Shown piece after piece: positions 14,955 to 22,694 of a DNA stretch of 22,694 nucleotides; position 1 is the stretch's first letter, and each line of letters opens with the position of its first letter. Under the pieces are notes generated by a model that did no database searches, was not told the DNA's origin, and saw only the letters and a program-made list of their open reading frames with translations. The stretch lies in the NCBI GenBank assembly GCA_027340875.1, contig DAIENX010000099.1, forward strand, positions 1 to 22,694, read 5' to 3'. A program made the position numbers and the translations under genes. The DNA is from Elusimicrobiota bacterium. GTDB taxonomy: Bacteria; Elusimicrobiota; Elusimicrobia; Elusimicrobiales; UBA9959.

Positions 14955-16528
14955 CGATGATAAACTGCGATATCGGCGAGAAGGGCCCGCTGCACCCCGA
15001 GGACTGCGAGCTGATGAAGTTCATCCACATCGCCAACGTGGCCTGCGAGGGCCACGCCGGCGACAAGGAGAGCGTGGACTCCTTCCGCGCGCTGGCGCAG
15101 GCCAGCGGCGTGGGCGTGGCCGCGCATATCTCCTACCCCGACAGGGCAAATTTCGGCCGCGCGAGCATGGACCTGCCCGACGCGGAGCTGTTCGCGGCGC
15201 TCGACGCGCAGATGGCGCTGTTGCCCGGGGTTAAGATGGTTAAGTTCCACGGCGCGCTCTACAACGACGTCTGGAAGGACGCGGCCCTGGCCGACCTGCT
15301 GGCCGGCTGGCTGATGCGCAACGACATAGGCACCGTGCTGACGCCGGCCGACTCCGAGCTGGCCGCCTCGGCCCGCAGGCTCGGCATGACCGTGCTGCGC
15401 GAGGCCTTCGCCGACCGCCGCTACGAGTTCGACGAGGAGAGCGGGCGCCTGCGCCTGGCCTCCCGCTCCGTGCCCGAGGCCGCTATCACCGACGTAAAAG
15501 AGGCCCTGGCGCAGGCCGAGGAGATAGTCAGGCGCGGCCGCGTGAACGTCAGCGGGGACCCGGCCAATCCCGTCTGGAAGCCGGTGAAGGCCGACACCAT
15601 CTGCATCCATTCCGATTCCCCGATAGCGCTGGAGCTGGCTACGAAGCTGCGCGCGGCGCTGGAAGCGGCGGCCAAGGCCGACGCGGTGGCCGGAGTTACC
15701 GGCAACATACGCCTGGTGCGGCCCGGCTTCTGCGGCACCGCGGGCCTGCCCAAGTACGGCAGGCAGCACATAGGCGTGTCGCCCGGCGGGGCCATGGACT
15801 GCTTCTCGCTGCGGCGCGGCAATTTGATGCTGGGCAACCCGGAGGGCAGCACGGCCCTGGAGATAGCCGGCCCGCCGGAGATAGAGTTCCTGACGGCGGG
15901 GCGCTTCGTGCTGACCGGCGGCAAGCTGGACGCCTTCCTCGCCCGCGGGGGCGAGCGGACGCCCATGGAGCACAGCAGCGTCCACGAGGCCAGGGCCGGC
16001 GACAGGCTGACGTTCGGCGACCGGCGCTACGGCACCCACACCTATTTCTGCTTCCGCGGCGATGACGGCTCCGCGCCGGCTCCGGCCGCGGCCGTGCCCT
16101 ACGCCGCCGTCAGCGGCTGGGCCGACAAGGACGGGCGCATACGCGTGGTGCAGGGCCCCGAATTCCGCTGCCTGCAGCAGCCCGGGCTGTTCTTCCTGAC
16201 GCAGTGGCGCACCACCTTCAAGATGGACAAGATGGGCATCAGGCTCACCGGCGAGCCGGGGCTCACCTGCAGCATGGGGAACATGGTCTCCGGCGCGGTG
16301 GCCGACGGCACCGTGCAGCTCACCAACGACGGGCCCATCATCCTGCTGCGCCACCGCCAGACCACCGGCGGCTACCCGCGCATCTTCAACGTGATCTCGG
16401 CCGACATAGACCTGCTGGGCCAGTTCGCCCCGAACCAGGCCATGCACTTCGTGCAGGTGACGCCGGAGCAGGCCCGCGAGTTCGCCCGCCAGAAGGAAGA
16501 GGCGCTCGACAGGCTGCGAGCGCGGTGA
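14951..16528 (+). CDS. 5-oxoprolinase PxpA (LamB/YcsF) - PxpC (KipA) fusion protein (525 aa)
   Basis: ATG 14951 overlaps the pxpB stop (ATGA). PxpA motifs INCDIGE, ANVACEGHAGD, AHISYPD, VKFHGALYN, EAFADRRY, DTICIHSD; PxpC motifs GVSPGGAMD, MGIRL, GTVQL..PIILL..QTTGGYPRI. Confidence 0.9.
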   Translation: MTMINCDIGEKGPLHPEDCELMKFIHIANVACEGHAGDKESVDSFRALAQASGVGVAAHISYPDRANFGRASMDLPDAELFAALDAQMALLPGVKMVKFHGALYNDVWKDAALADLLAGWLMRNDIGTVLTPADSELAASARRLGMTVLREAFADRRYEFDEESGRLRLASRSVPEAAITDVKEALAQAEEIVRRGRVNVSGDPANPVWKPVKADTICIHSDSPIALELATKLRAALEAAAKADAVAGVTGNIRLVRPGFCGTAGLPKYGRQHIGVSPGGAMDCFSLRRGNLMLGNPEGSTALEIAGPPEIEFLTAGRFVLTGGKLDAFLARGGERTPMEHSSVHEARAGDRLTFGDRRYGTHTYFCFRGDDGSAPAPAAAVPYAAVSGWADKDGRIRVVQGPEFRCLQQPGLFFLTQWRTTFKMDKMGIRLTGEPGLTCSMGNMVSGAVADGTVQLTNDGPIILLRHRQTTGGYPRIFNVISADIDLLGQFAPNQAMHFVQVTPEQAREFARQKEEALDRLRAR

Positions 16529-16535
16529 CCCGCCC

Positions 16536-17591
16536 ATGGACCTGAAGAAGAAGGCGCTGTACCTCTCGTATTTCACCGTAGGCTACAACATCCTAGAGGG
16601 AGCGGTGTCCGTGACCGCCGGCTACCTGGCCGGCAGCGTGGCGCTGGTGGGCTTCGGCTTCGACAGCCTGGTGGAGACCGTCTCCGCCGGCGGGATGGTC
16701 TGGCGCTTCTCGGCGGCGCGCGCCGTTTCCGGGGAGGAAGAGGAGCGGATAGAGCGCCGGGCGGAGATGTTCGTGGGCGTCTCCTTCTTCATCCTGGCCG
16801 CCTACGTGCTCTACGAGGCCGTGGAGAAGCTGGTACGCCGCGAGGCGCCGGCGATAAGCATAGCCGGCTTCGTCATAACCGTCCTGTCGGTCATCATCAT
16901 GCCGCTGCTCTACCGCGCCAAGATGAAGACCGGCCGCGCGCTGGGCAGCCGCAGCCTGATGGCGGACTCGAAGGAGACGCTGGCCTGCTCCTACCTTTCC
17001 GCCGCCGTGCTGGCCGGCCTGCTCCTGAACGCCCTGCTGGGGTGGTGGTGGGCGGACCCCGTGGCGGCGCTGATAGTGGTCTATTTCCTCGTGCGGGAGG
17101 GGCTTGAGGCCCTGCGCGGGGAATGCTGCTGCGGCGGCGAGGAAGAAGAGGAAGAGGGTAAGCACGCCTGCGGCTGCGGCGGGGGCTGCGGCGAGCCCGC
17201 CGGGAAGAAGCGGGTGACGGCCGCCGTGCTGGAGAAGGACGGCAAGGTGCTGCTGGCGCGGCGCAGGACCGGCGACGCGCTGGCCGGCAAATGGGAATTC
17301 CCCGGCGGCAAGCTGGAGGAGGGCGAGACGCCCGAGCAGTGTCTCAAGCGCGAGCTGGCCGAGGAGTTCGGCATAGAGGCCGAGATAGGGGCCTATATCT
17401 GCTCGAGCGAGTTCGAGTACGAGCATTTCCACGTGGAGCTGCTCGCCTACAGGGCCAGGCACGTAGCCGGAGAGTTCGTCCTGAACGACCACTCCGCCAT
17501 AGCCTGGGTGGAGCCCGGCGAGATAAAGACCTACGACCTGGCCTCGGCCGACATCCCCGTGGCCGAAGAGCTGAGCAAGACCCGGAGCTGA
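16536..17591 (+). CDS. Cation-efflux (CDF-type) membrane domain fused to MutT/NudG-like Nudix hydrolase
   Basis: YNILEG..GSVALVGFGFDSLVE..SLMADSKET..WWWADP transmembrane domain, CCC/E6/HxCxC linker, then Nudix box GGKLEEGETPEQCLKRELAEEFG. Confidence 0.85.
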   Translation: MDLKKKALYLSYFTVGYNILEGAVSVTAGYLAGSVALVGFGFDSLVETVSAGGMVWRFSAARAVSGEEEERIERRAEMFVGVSFFILAAYVLYEAVEKLVRREAPAISIAGFVITVLSVIIMPLLYRAKMKTGRALGSRSLMADSKETLACSYLSAAVLAGLLLNALLGWWWADPVAALIVVYFLVREGLEALRGECCCGGEEEEEEGKHACGCGGGCGEPAGKKRVTAAVLEKDGKVLLARRRTGDALAGKWEFPGGKLEEGETPEQCLKRELAEEFGIEAEIGAYICSSEFEYEHFHVELLAYRARHVAGEFVLNDHSAIAWVEPGEIKTYDLASADIPVAEELSKTRS

Positions 17592-17612
17592 CCCGGGGGA
17601 TCCGCAGGGGGG

Positions 17613-17641
17613 AACGGCGGCGCCTGCCGCCGTTTTTATTT
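17613..17641 (+). terminator. Intrinsic terminator
   Basis: AACGGCGGC-gcct-GCCGCCGTT followed by TTTATTT, downstream of the CDF-Nudix gene. Confidence 0.8.
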
Positions 17642-17688
17642 GGTCTCCGCGGCCCGTCCGGAGCGATTATGTATAATCATTTTTAATC

Positions 17689-19431
17689 ATGCAAAAAATT
17701 TCCAAGGCACTTAAGACCATAGGCCGCCTGCACCTGGGGCTGTACCTCCTGTTCGTCATGATGGCCGGCTTCGGCGGCTTCACGGCCTCCTTCCTGGAGA
17801 AGTACTCGCTCATAGACGTGGATCTGCTCAAGACGGAGTGGGCGCGGGTCTCGGACGCCAAGGCGCACGGGGAAAATATAGAGATCACGCGGAAGGATAT
17901 GATGCGCATCTTCCGCCCTATAAAGATGGAGAAGCGCATAGAGCATCGTTACAAGAACGGAAAATGGGAGGAAGTGGAGGCCTACAAGAACACCGACGGA
18001 GTGAGCTTCATATATTTCCTCATCATCCTCGCCTGGCTCTGGCCGCTTTACCGGTACCGTTTCGGAAAGAACAAGCCGCCGCTCCCCGGTATAGAGCGCC
18101 GCATCATAAACCTGCCCCTCCTTCTTTTCGCGCTGAGCTGGGCCGTTTCTATCCAGCGCTATTTCATGAGCGTCGCGTCCTACGCGCACGCCTATGGTCC
18201 GGTGCCGGACAAGATGAAGCTGGTGTTCGCCGTCTCTTCGCTGCTGATGGGCGCGTTCGTCAGCTACCTCAACCTGGAGATAACGGGCGCCTACATCCGC
18301 CGCTACATAGCCAGGCCGTTCTTCAGCGAGACCGACCCGTACGGGCCTAAGCGCGGCTTCGCTATAAACCTCTCGCTGCGCTACGCGCTGATGCTGTTCT
18401 CGCTGGCGGCGGTGCCGCTGGCGCTCTGCGTCTATATACCCGCCTACGCCAATTTCGACATTTTCATGACCGTGGTAGCCAAGGCCAAATTGCAGGGCAA
18501 AGCGATGATCTTCGACTACGACGTCATCCGAGCGCTCGCCCCGCTATTGGTCATGGCGGTACTCGTGGCGATGATGCTGGTCTTCCAGGCCGTCTCGCTG
18601 ATGTTCTATCGCTGGAACGTCCAGGTCCCGCTGAGCGCGCTGGTGCGCCGCATGAAGGCCGTGGCGGCGGGGGACTTCGACTGCAAGTCCTCCGTGTACT
18701 ACGCCGACGAACTGGGCCAGCTGAAAGGGCATTTCAACATGATGCTCGACGGCCTGGTGGAGCGCGACCACATCAAGGACACCTTCGGCCGGTACGTCTC
18801 GATGGAGATAGCCGAGAAGATCATGAAGAGCGGCAAGGTGAACCTGGCCGGCGAGGAGATACAGGCCACCGTGCTGTTCTCCGACATCCGCGGTTTCACG
18901 CCGCTCTCCGAGAAGATGCCTGCGCCCGAGCTGATAAAGTTCCTCAACGACTATTTTTCGCATATCACGGCGCCTATAGCCGAGAACCGCGGCGTCATCA
19001 ACAAGTTCATCGGCGACGCGGTGATGGCCATCTTCTCGCCGGTGTTCGGCGTGGAGGACCACAAGGAAGCCGCGCTGCGCGCGGCGCTGGGCATGCGCGA
19101 GGCCCTGAAGAAGTTCAACGCGCAGGGCAAGCACCCGGAGGTCAACTTCGGCGTGGGCATACACTCGGGCGGGCTGGTGGCCGGCAACGTGGGCACCGAG
19201 GCGCGCCTGGAGTACACCGTGCTGGGCGATACCGTGAACGTGGCCTCGCGCATAGAGACGCAGACCAAGGCCGCCGGCACCCAGATACTGATAAGCCAGG
19301 CCGTGATGGACGGCGTGGACAAGGCGCATTTCGCCGGAGTGAGCTTCGTCGAGTGCGACCCGGTGGTGATGAAGGGCAAATCGCACGCGATGGTGCTGTA
19401 CAAGGCGGAGCCGGAAGCCGCCCGCGCCTGA
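17689..19431 (+). CDS. Membrane-bound class III adenylate cyclase with HAMP domain
   Basis: Several TM helices, HAMP (PLSAL..GDF..DELGQL..FNMM), catalytic VLFSDIRGFT, INKFIGDAVMA, EYTVLGDTVNVASR; K/T specificity residues suggest ATP. TATAAT at 17672-17677. Confidence 0.9.
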   Translation: MQKISKALKTIGRLHLGLYLLFVMMAGFGGFTASFLEKYSLIDVDLLKTEWARVSDAKAHGENIEITRKDMMRIFRPIKMEKRIEHRYKNGKWEEVEAYKNTDGVSFIYFLIILAWLWPLYRYRFGKNKPPLPGIERRIINLPLLLFALSWAVSIQRYFMSVASYAHAYGPVPDKMKLVFAVSSLLMGAFVSYLNLEITGAYIRRYIARPFFSETDPYGPKRGFAINLSLRYALMLFSLAAVPLALCVYIPAYANFDIFMTVVAKAKLQGKAMIFDYDVIRALAPLLVMAVLVAMMLVFQAVSLMFYRWNVQVPLSALVRRMKAVAAGDFDCKSSVYYADELGQLKGHFNMMLDGLVERDHIKDTFGRYVSMEIAEKIMKSGKVNLAGEEIQATVLFSDIRGFTPLSEKMPAPELIKFLNDYFSHITAPIAENRGVINKFIGDAVMAIFSPVFGVEDHKEAALRAALGMREALKKFNAQGKHPEVNFGVGIHSGGLVAGNVGTEARLEYTVLGDTVNVASRIETQTKAAGTQILISQAVMDGVDKAHFAGVSFVECDPVVMKGKSHAMVLYKAEPEAARA

Positions 19432-19474
19432 CATGAAGCTTTCCAATACTCTCGCTTATTCCACAGGAGGAAGG

Positions 19475-20527
19475 ATGAACTCCGGACCGGAACTGACGGG
19501 CAAGGCCATACTGGAGATGGTGCGGGCCTTCCAGCCCGCCTGCGTGCTGATAGCGGGCGCGGACCTGGACGTATTCACGCTGCTGCACAACAGGCCCATG
19601 ACCGCCGCGGCCCTGGCCGGGCGCATCAAGGGCCAGCCGCGCGCGACGGAGGTGATGCTGGACGCGCTGGCCGCGCTCGGCATGCTGAGGAAAAGCCCAA
19701 AGGGCGTCTATTCGCTGCCGCGCGGGCTGGAGAAGGTGCTCACCGAGGACGCCGCCCACGGCATACTCGGCATGCTGCGCCACCAGGGCACCTGCCTGCG
19801 CCGCTGGGGGGACCTGGCCGCCGTGGTGAAGACCGGCCGGCCCGCCGAGAAGCGCCACAGCGTGCGCGGGCCCGAAGGGGACCTGGAATCCTTCATCCGC
19901 GCGATGCACGAGGTGTCCACGCCGCTGGCCGCGCCGCTGGTGACAAGCCTCGGGAAGCTCAGGTTCACCCGCCTGCTGGACCTGGGCGGGGCCTCCGGCA
20001 CCTGGACCATACCTTTCCTGAAGGCCGCCCCCGGCGCCAGGGCGACCATCTTCGACCTGCCGCAGGTGATACCGATGGCCCGGCGCCGCCTGCGGAAGCT
20101 GGGGCTGGGCGCGCGCATAGCCTTCGCCGCGGGCGACTACAACCGCGACGCCATGCCCGGCGGCCACGACCTGGCCTGGGTTAGCGCTATAGTGCACCAG
20201 AACTCGCGTCCGCAGAACCGCGCGATGTTCCGGAAGGTCTACAAAGCGCTGGTGTCCGGCGGCCGGATATTGATCCGCGACGTGGTGGTGGACGCCACCC
20301 GCACGCGGCCGGTGCACGGCGCGCTGTTCGCCGTGAACATGCTGGTGGGCACGCAGGGCGGCTCCACGTTCACTTTCGACGAGCTGAAAGAGGACCTGCA
20401 GAGCGCGGGCTTCACCGCCGTGAAGTACCTGCGCCGCGGCCAGGCGATGGACACCGTGGTGGCGGCCTCCAAGCCGCGGGGGAGGCGAATGACGCCGGAG
20501 GCGCCGGGAATCCCGCGCGCTAAGTGA
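19475..20527 (+). CDS. SAM-dependent O-methyltransferase (Methyltransf_2 with dimerisation domain)
   Basis: LLDLGGASG, TIFDLP, AGDY, GGRILIRD motifs plus N-terminal winged-helix region. SD AGGAGG before ATG 19475. Confidence 0.85.
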   Translation: MNSGPELTGKAILEMVRAFQPACVLIAGADLDVFTLLHNRPMTAAALAGRIKGQPRATEVMLDALAALGMLRKSPKGVYSLPRGLEKVLTEDAAHGILGMLRHQGTCLRRWGDLAAVVKTGRPAEKRHSVRGPEGDLESFIRAMHEVSTPLAAPLVTSLGKLRFTRLLDLGGASGTWTIPFLKAAPGARATIFDLPQVIPMARRRLRKLGLGARIAFAAGDYNRDAMPGGHDLAWVSAIVHQNSRPQNRAMFRKVYKALVSGGRILIRDVVVDATRTRPVHGALFAVNMLVGTQGGSTFTFDELKEDLQSAGFTAVKYLRRGQAMDTVVAASKPRGRRMTPEAPGIPRAK

Positions 20528-20874
20528 TGTCCACGTCCAAGGAGACCATAGAATTCCTGCGCGACGCGCTGTCGCTTGTGCCGGAGGTAACCTTCCGGCC
20601 GATGATGGGGGAATACTGCGTCTACAGCGCCGGCCGCGTGTTCGCCCTGGTCTGTGACGACACCCTTTTCCTCAAGACCACTCCAGCCACGCTCGGCCTG
20701 TTCTCCGACAAGAGGACCCGCGCCTATCCCGGCAGCAAAAATACCTGCCAGGCCAACGCCGAATGGCTGGAGGACCGCGAGAAGCTGGCCAAGGTGGTGG
20801 GCCGCACCCTGGCCTCGCTGCCGCCGCAGAAACCCAAGGCAGGCAAGGGAAAAAAGGACAGGAGCGGACTATGA
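20527..20874 (+). CDS. TfoX/Sxy N-terminal domain protein
   Basis: VTFRPMMGEYCVY..VFALVCDDTLFLK..YPG signature; coupled to upstream stop (TGATG). Alternative GTG at 20524. Confidence 0.85.
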   Translation: MSTSKETIEFLRDALSLVPEVTFRPMMGEYCVYSAGRVFALVCDDTLFLKTTPATLGLFSDKRTRAYPGSKNTCQANAEWLEDREKLAKVVGRTLASLPPQKPKAGKGKKDRSGL

Positions 20875-20902
20875 GGGACAAAGCCGACTCAGGGAGAGCC
20901 AC

Positions 20903-21400
20903 ATGAGCGCGACCAAGGTCTGCCGCGACGTGCGGAGCTTCCTGCGCGGGCTGGCCCGGGACCTGCCCGGCCTCTTTCCGCGCGCGCCGCGCCGGGTGTA
21001 CCGCGTGGTCAGGCGCAGCCGCCGGACCCTGCGCCCCACGCCGTCCCAGCGGGAAAGCGCCCGGGAGCTCATAACCGCCAGAACGGCGCACTGGGCCGCG
21101 CAACTAGGCCTGGAATACAAGCGCATAGCCATCAAGAGCCAGCGCACGTTGTGGGCGAGCTGCTCGCGGCGGGGGAACCTGAACTTCAACTGGCGGCTGG
21201 CTTCCGCCCCGCCGGAGGTGCTGGACTATATCGTCATACACGAACTCTGCCACCTGCGGGAGATGAACCATTCAAGGCGCTTCTGGGCGCACGTGGCCGC
21301 GGCCTGCCCCGGCTATAAGGAGATAAGGCGCTGGCTGAGGAAGAACACGGCAGCTCTGCTCTACGGGGAGCCCGCCGGGGAGAACGCATGTCCGACATGA
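20903..21400 (+). CDS. YgjP/DUF45 (M48-like) zinc-motif protein
   Basis: QRTLWASCS..LNFNWRL..LDYIVIHELCHL.EMNHS..FW (HExxH). ATG 20903 after GGGAG; start uncertain. Confidence 0.8.
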   Translation: MSATKVCRDVRSFLRGLARDLPGLFPRAPRRVYRVVRRSRRTLRPTPSQRESARELITARTAHWAAQLGLEYKRIAIKSQRTLWASCSRRGNLNFNWRLASAPPEVLDYIVIHELCHLREMNHSRRFWAHVAAACPGYKEIRRWLRKNTAALLYGEPAGENACPT

Positions 21401-21735
21401 AGAAGTTGACACGCGCCGTGCTGAAGTTCCGCGACGAGCGCGACTGGAAGCAGTTCCACAACCCGAAGGACGTGTCCATCTCGCTGGCGCTGGAGGCGGC
21501 GGAGCTGCTGGAGCATTTCCAGTGGAAGACCCCGGCGCAGGTGAAGGCCCACTTGAAAGCGGAGAAGGAGAACGTCTCCGACGAGCTGGCCGACGTGCTG
21601 TACTGGGTGCTGGTGCTGGCCCACGACCTGGGCATAGACCTGGGCCTGGCGGTGGAGAGGAAGCTCGTCAAGAACGCGAAGAAGTACCCGGTGGCCAAGT
21701 CGCGCGGGCGCAGCGCCAAGTACGACAGGCTTTGA
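21388..21735 (+). CDS. MazG-like nucleotide pyrophosphohydrolase (dCTP pyrophosphatase-like)
   Basis: FRDERDWKQFHNPKD..EAAELLEHFQW..DELADV..K..KN..KYP. Confidence 0.9.
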   Translation: MSDMKKLTRAVLKFRDERDWKQFHNPKDVSISLALEAAELLEHFQWKTPAQVKAHLKAEKENVSDELADVLYWVLVLAHDLGIDLGLAVERKLVKNAKKYPVAKSRGRSAKYDRL

Positions 21736-21831
21736 AGCGGCCGCACAGCTCCCGGAAAAGCGATCCTGGAACGGATGCGGCTGACATGCACAGCTGCTGC
21801 TCCGCCTAAACGATCCATATTTCTTGCACCG

Positions 21832-21870
21832 CCAACCCGACAGCCCCTTGTCGGGTTGGGCTGCTATGCT
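21832..21870 (+). promoter_or_regulatory. Palindromic WYL/PafBC-like promoter element upstream of ssb
   Basis: Perfect IR CCAACCCGACA-gcccct-TGTCGGGTTGG. TGTCGG 21849-21854, 10-bp spacer, TATGCT 21865-21870. Confidence 0.8.
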
Positions 21871-21902
21871 ATTGCCGTAGCGACCTTAGGCTAGGGGGGA
21901 AT

Positions 21903-22349
21903 ATGGGAAACCTGAACAAAGTGATGCTGATAGGCCGGCTGACGCGCGACCCGGAGGTGAAGGAGTTCTCCAACGGGGGGAAGGTGGCGCAGCTGGGCTT
22001 CGCGGTTAACCAGCGCCGCAGGAATAACGACGGTGAATGGGAGGACGCGCCTGTCTGGATGGACCTGAAGGCCTTCAACCACGAACACGGCCGCAAGCTG
22101 GCCGACCTGGCCGCCGCGCACCTGCACAGGGGACAGCAGCTCTACGTGGAGGGGCACCTGGCGGTGGAGCACTGGGACGGCAAGGAGGACGGGAAGAAGC
22201 ACTCGAAGACGCTGATCTACGTGGACGCGCTGGAATTCCTGGGCGGCGGGAAGAGGCCTGAAACCGGCGGCCCTCAGGCCGCGGGCGGGAAAACGACCGC
22301 CCCGAAGAACAGGACCGCCGCCCGCCACGAGGGCGGGGAACACGGCTGA
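21903..22349 (+). CDS. ssb: Single-stranded DNA-binding protein lacking the acidic C-terminal tip
   Basis: LNKVMLIGRLTRDPE..AVN..W..G..LYVEG.L..W OB-fold. Ends ARHEGGEHG rather than DDIPF. Confidence 0.9.
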   Translation: MGNLNKVMLIGRLTRDPEVKEFSNGGKVAQLGFAVNQRRRNNDGEWEDAPVWMDLKAFNHEHGRKLADLAAAHLHRGQQLYVEGHLAVEHWDGKEDGKKHSKTLIYVDALEFLGGGKRPETGGPQAAGGKTTAPKNRTAARHEGGEHG

Positions 22350-22487
22350 GAGGCGATCCAGGGGGACGGGTCCCGCACGCCGCGTGGGCGCGCGGGACCC
22401 GGGGGTATGGGGCTTCTGTTCCTGGTCTTTGCGGCCGCTGCCGCCGCCGCTGAGCCTTCCTGCCTTCCAGCGCCGGGCATAGGACAG

Positions 22488-22516
22488 TTCACTTTTTCCA
22501 GCGGAAATTGTAGACT
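22488..22516 (+). promoter_or_regulatory. Putative sigma70-like promoter
   Basis: TTCACT-N17-TAGACT upstream of SD AGGGGG and GTG 22548. Confidence 0.5.
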
Positions 22517-22547
22517 TTCCCCAGGCGCATTGGCGCAAGGGGGAAAC

Positions 22548-22694
22548 GTGAAAAAAGGTACTGGCGGGTACGATCCTGAGATAGAGCTCAAGAAGGGCGC
22601 CGATCTCTCGGCCTCTTCCTACGACAAGACGCAGGGAGTCGAGGTTACCGCCCATAAGGTCACGATAGGCGGCCTGAAGGGCGTGGTGGAGTTC
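22548..22694 (+). CDS. Hypothetical protein, runs off the window
   Basis: Open frame MKKGTGGYDPEIELKKGADLSASSYDKTQGVEVTAHKVTIGGLKGVVEF with host-like codon usage, SD and promoter. An in-frame ATG at 22407 is an alternative start. Confidence 0.6.
   Translation, partial: MKKGTGGYDPEIELKKGADLSASSYDKTQGVEVTAHKVTIGGLKGVVEF

Noticed and set aside
20654..20902. Upstream extension of the YgjP-like ORF
   Set aside because: Overlaps tfoX in another frame and has no family similarity.
22350..22547. Frame stays open after the ssb TGA through a signal-peptide-like MGLLFLVFAAAAAAAEP into the last ORF (read-through or ATG 22407 start)
   Set aside because: A promoter-like element and SD support GTG 22548, and open frames are common at this GC. 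Cannot be resolved without homologs.
1..22694. Taxonomic assignment (Elusimicrobiota-like impression)
   Set aside because: Based only on general codon and gene style; no marker gene in the window.

Overview
High-GC bacterial window; a predicted outer-membrane beta-barrel implies a diderm host. Nearly all genes are on the + strand. The left part (1-11137) is an accessory mosaic: a partial DUF2075 (Schlafen group 3-like) helicase, a membrane-anchored Mrr-like nuclease, and two 493-bp direct repeats (SnoaL-like gene plus promoter) bracketing a KilA-N gene and an uncharacterised three-gene secreted/outer-membrane operon, followed by a truncated ORF6N gene. The right part holds a Zn-ribbon/Arg-Pro-Gly repeat protein on the - strand and many repair or house-cleaning genes (tag, pxpB, pxpA-pxpC fusion, CDF-Nudix fusion, YgjP-like, MazG-like, ssb), plus a VF530-phosphatase fusion, an adenylate cyclase, an O-methyltransferase and TfoX. 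The strongest signal is non-coding. The same palindromic promoter element, CCAA[GC]CCG[AT]CA-N6-TGTCGG-N10-TATGCT, lies before three unrelated DNA-binding genes (KilA-N, ORF6N, ssb) and has the geometry of PafBC/WYL-activated DNA-damage promoters. The KilA-N and ORF6N genes also carry long perfect palindromes inside their coding sequence, and the ORF6N one is repeated in operator position upstream. No rRNA, tRNA, CRISPR array, integrase or transposase was seen. All family assignments come from motif recognition by eye, not database searches.
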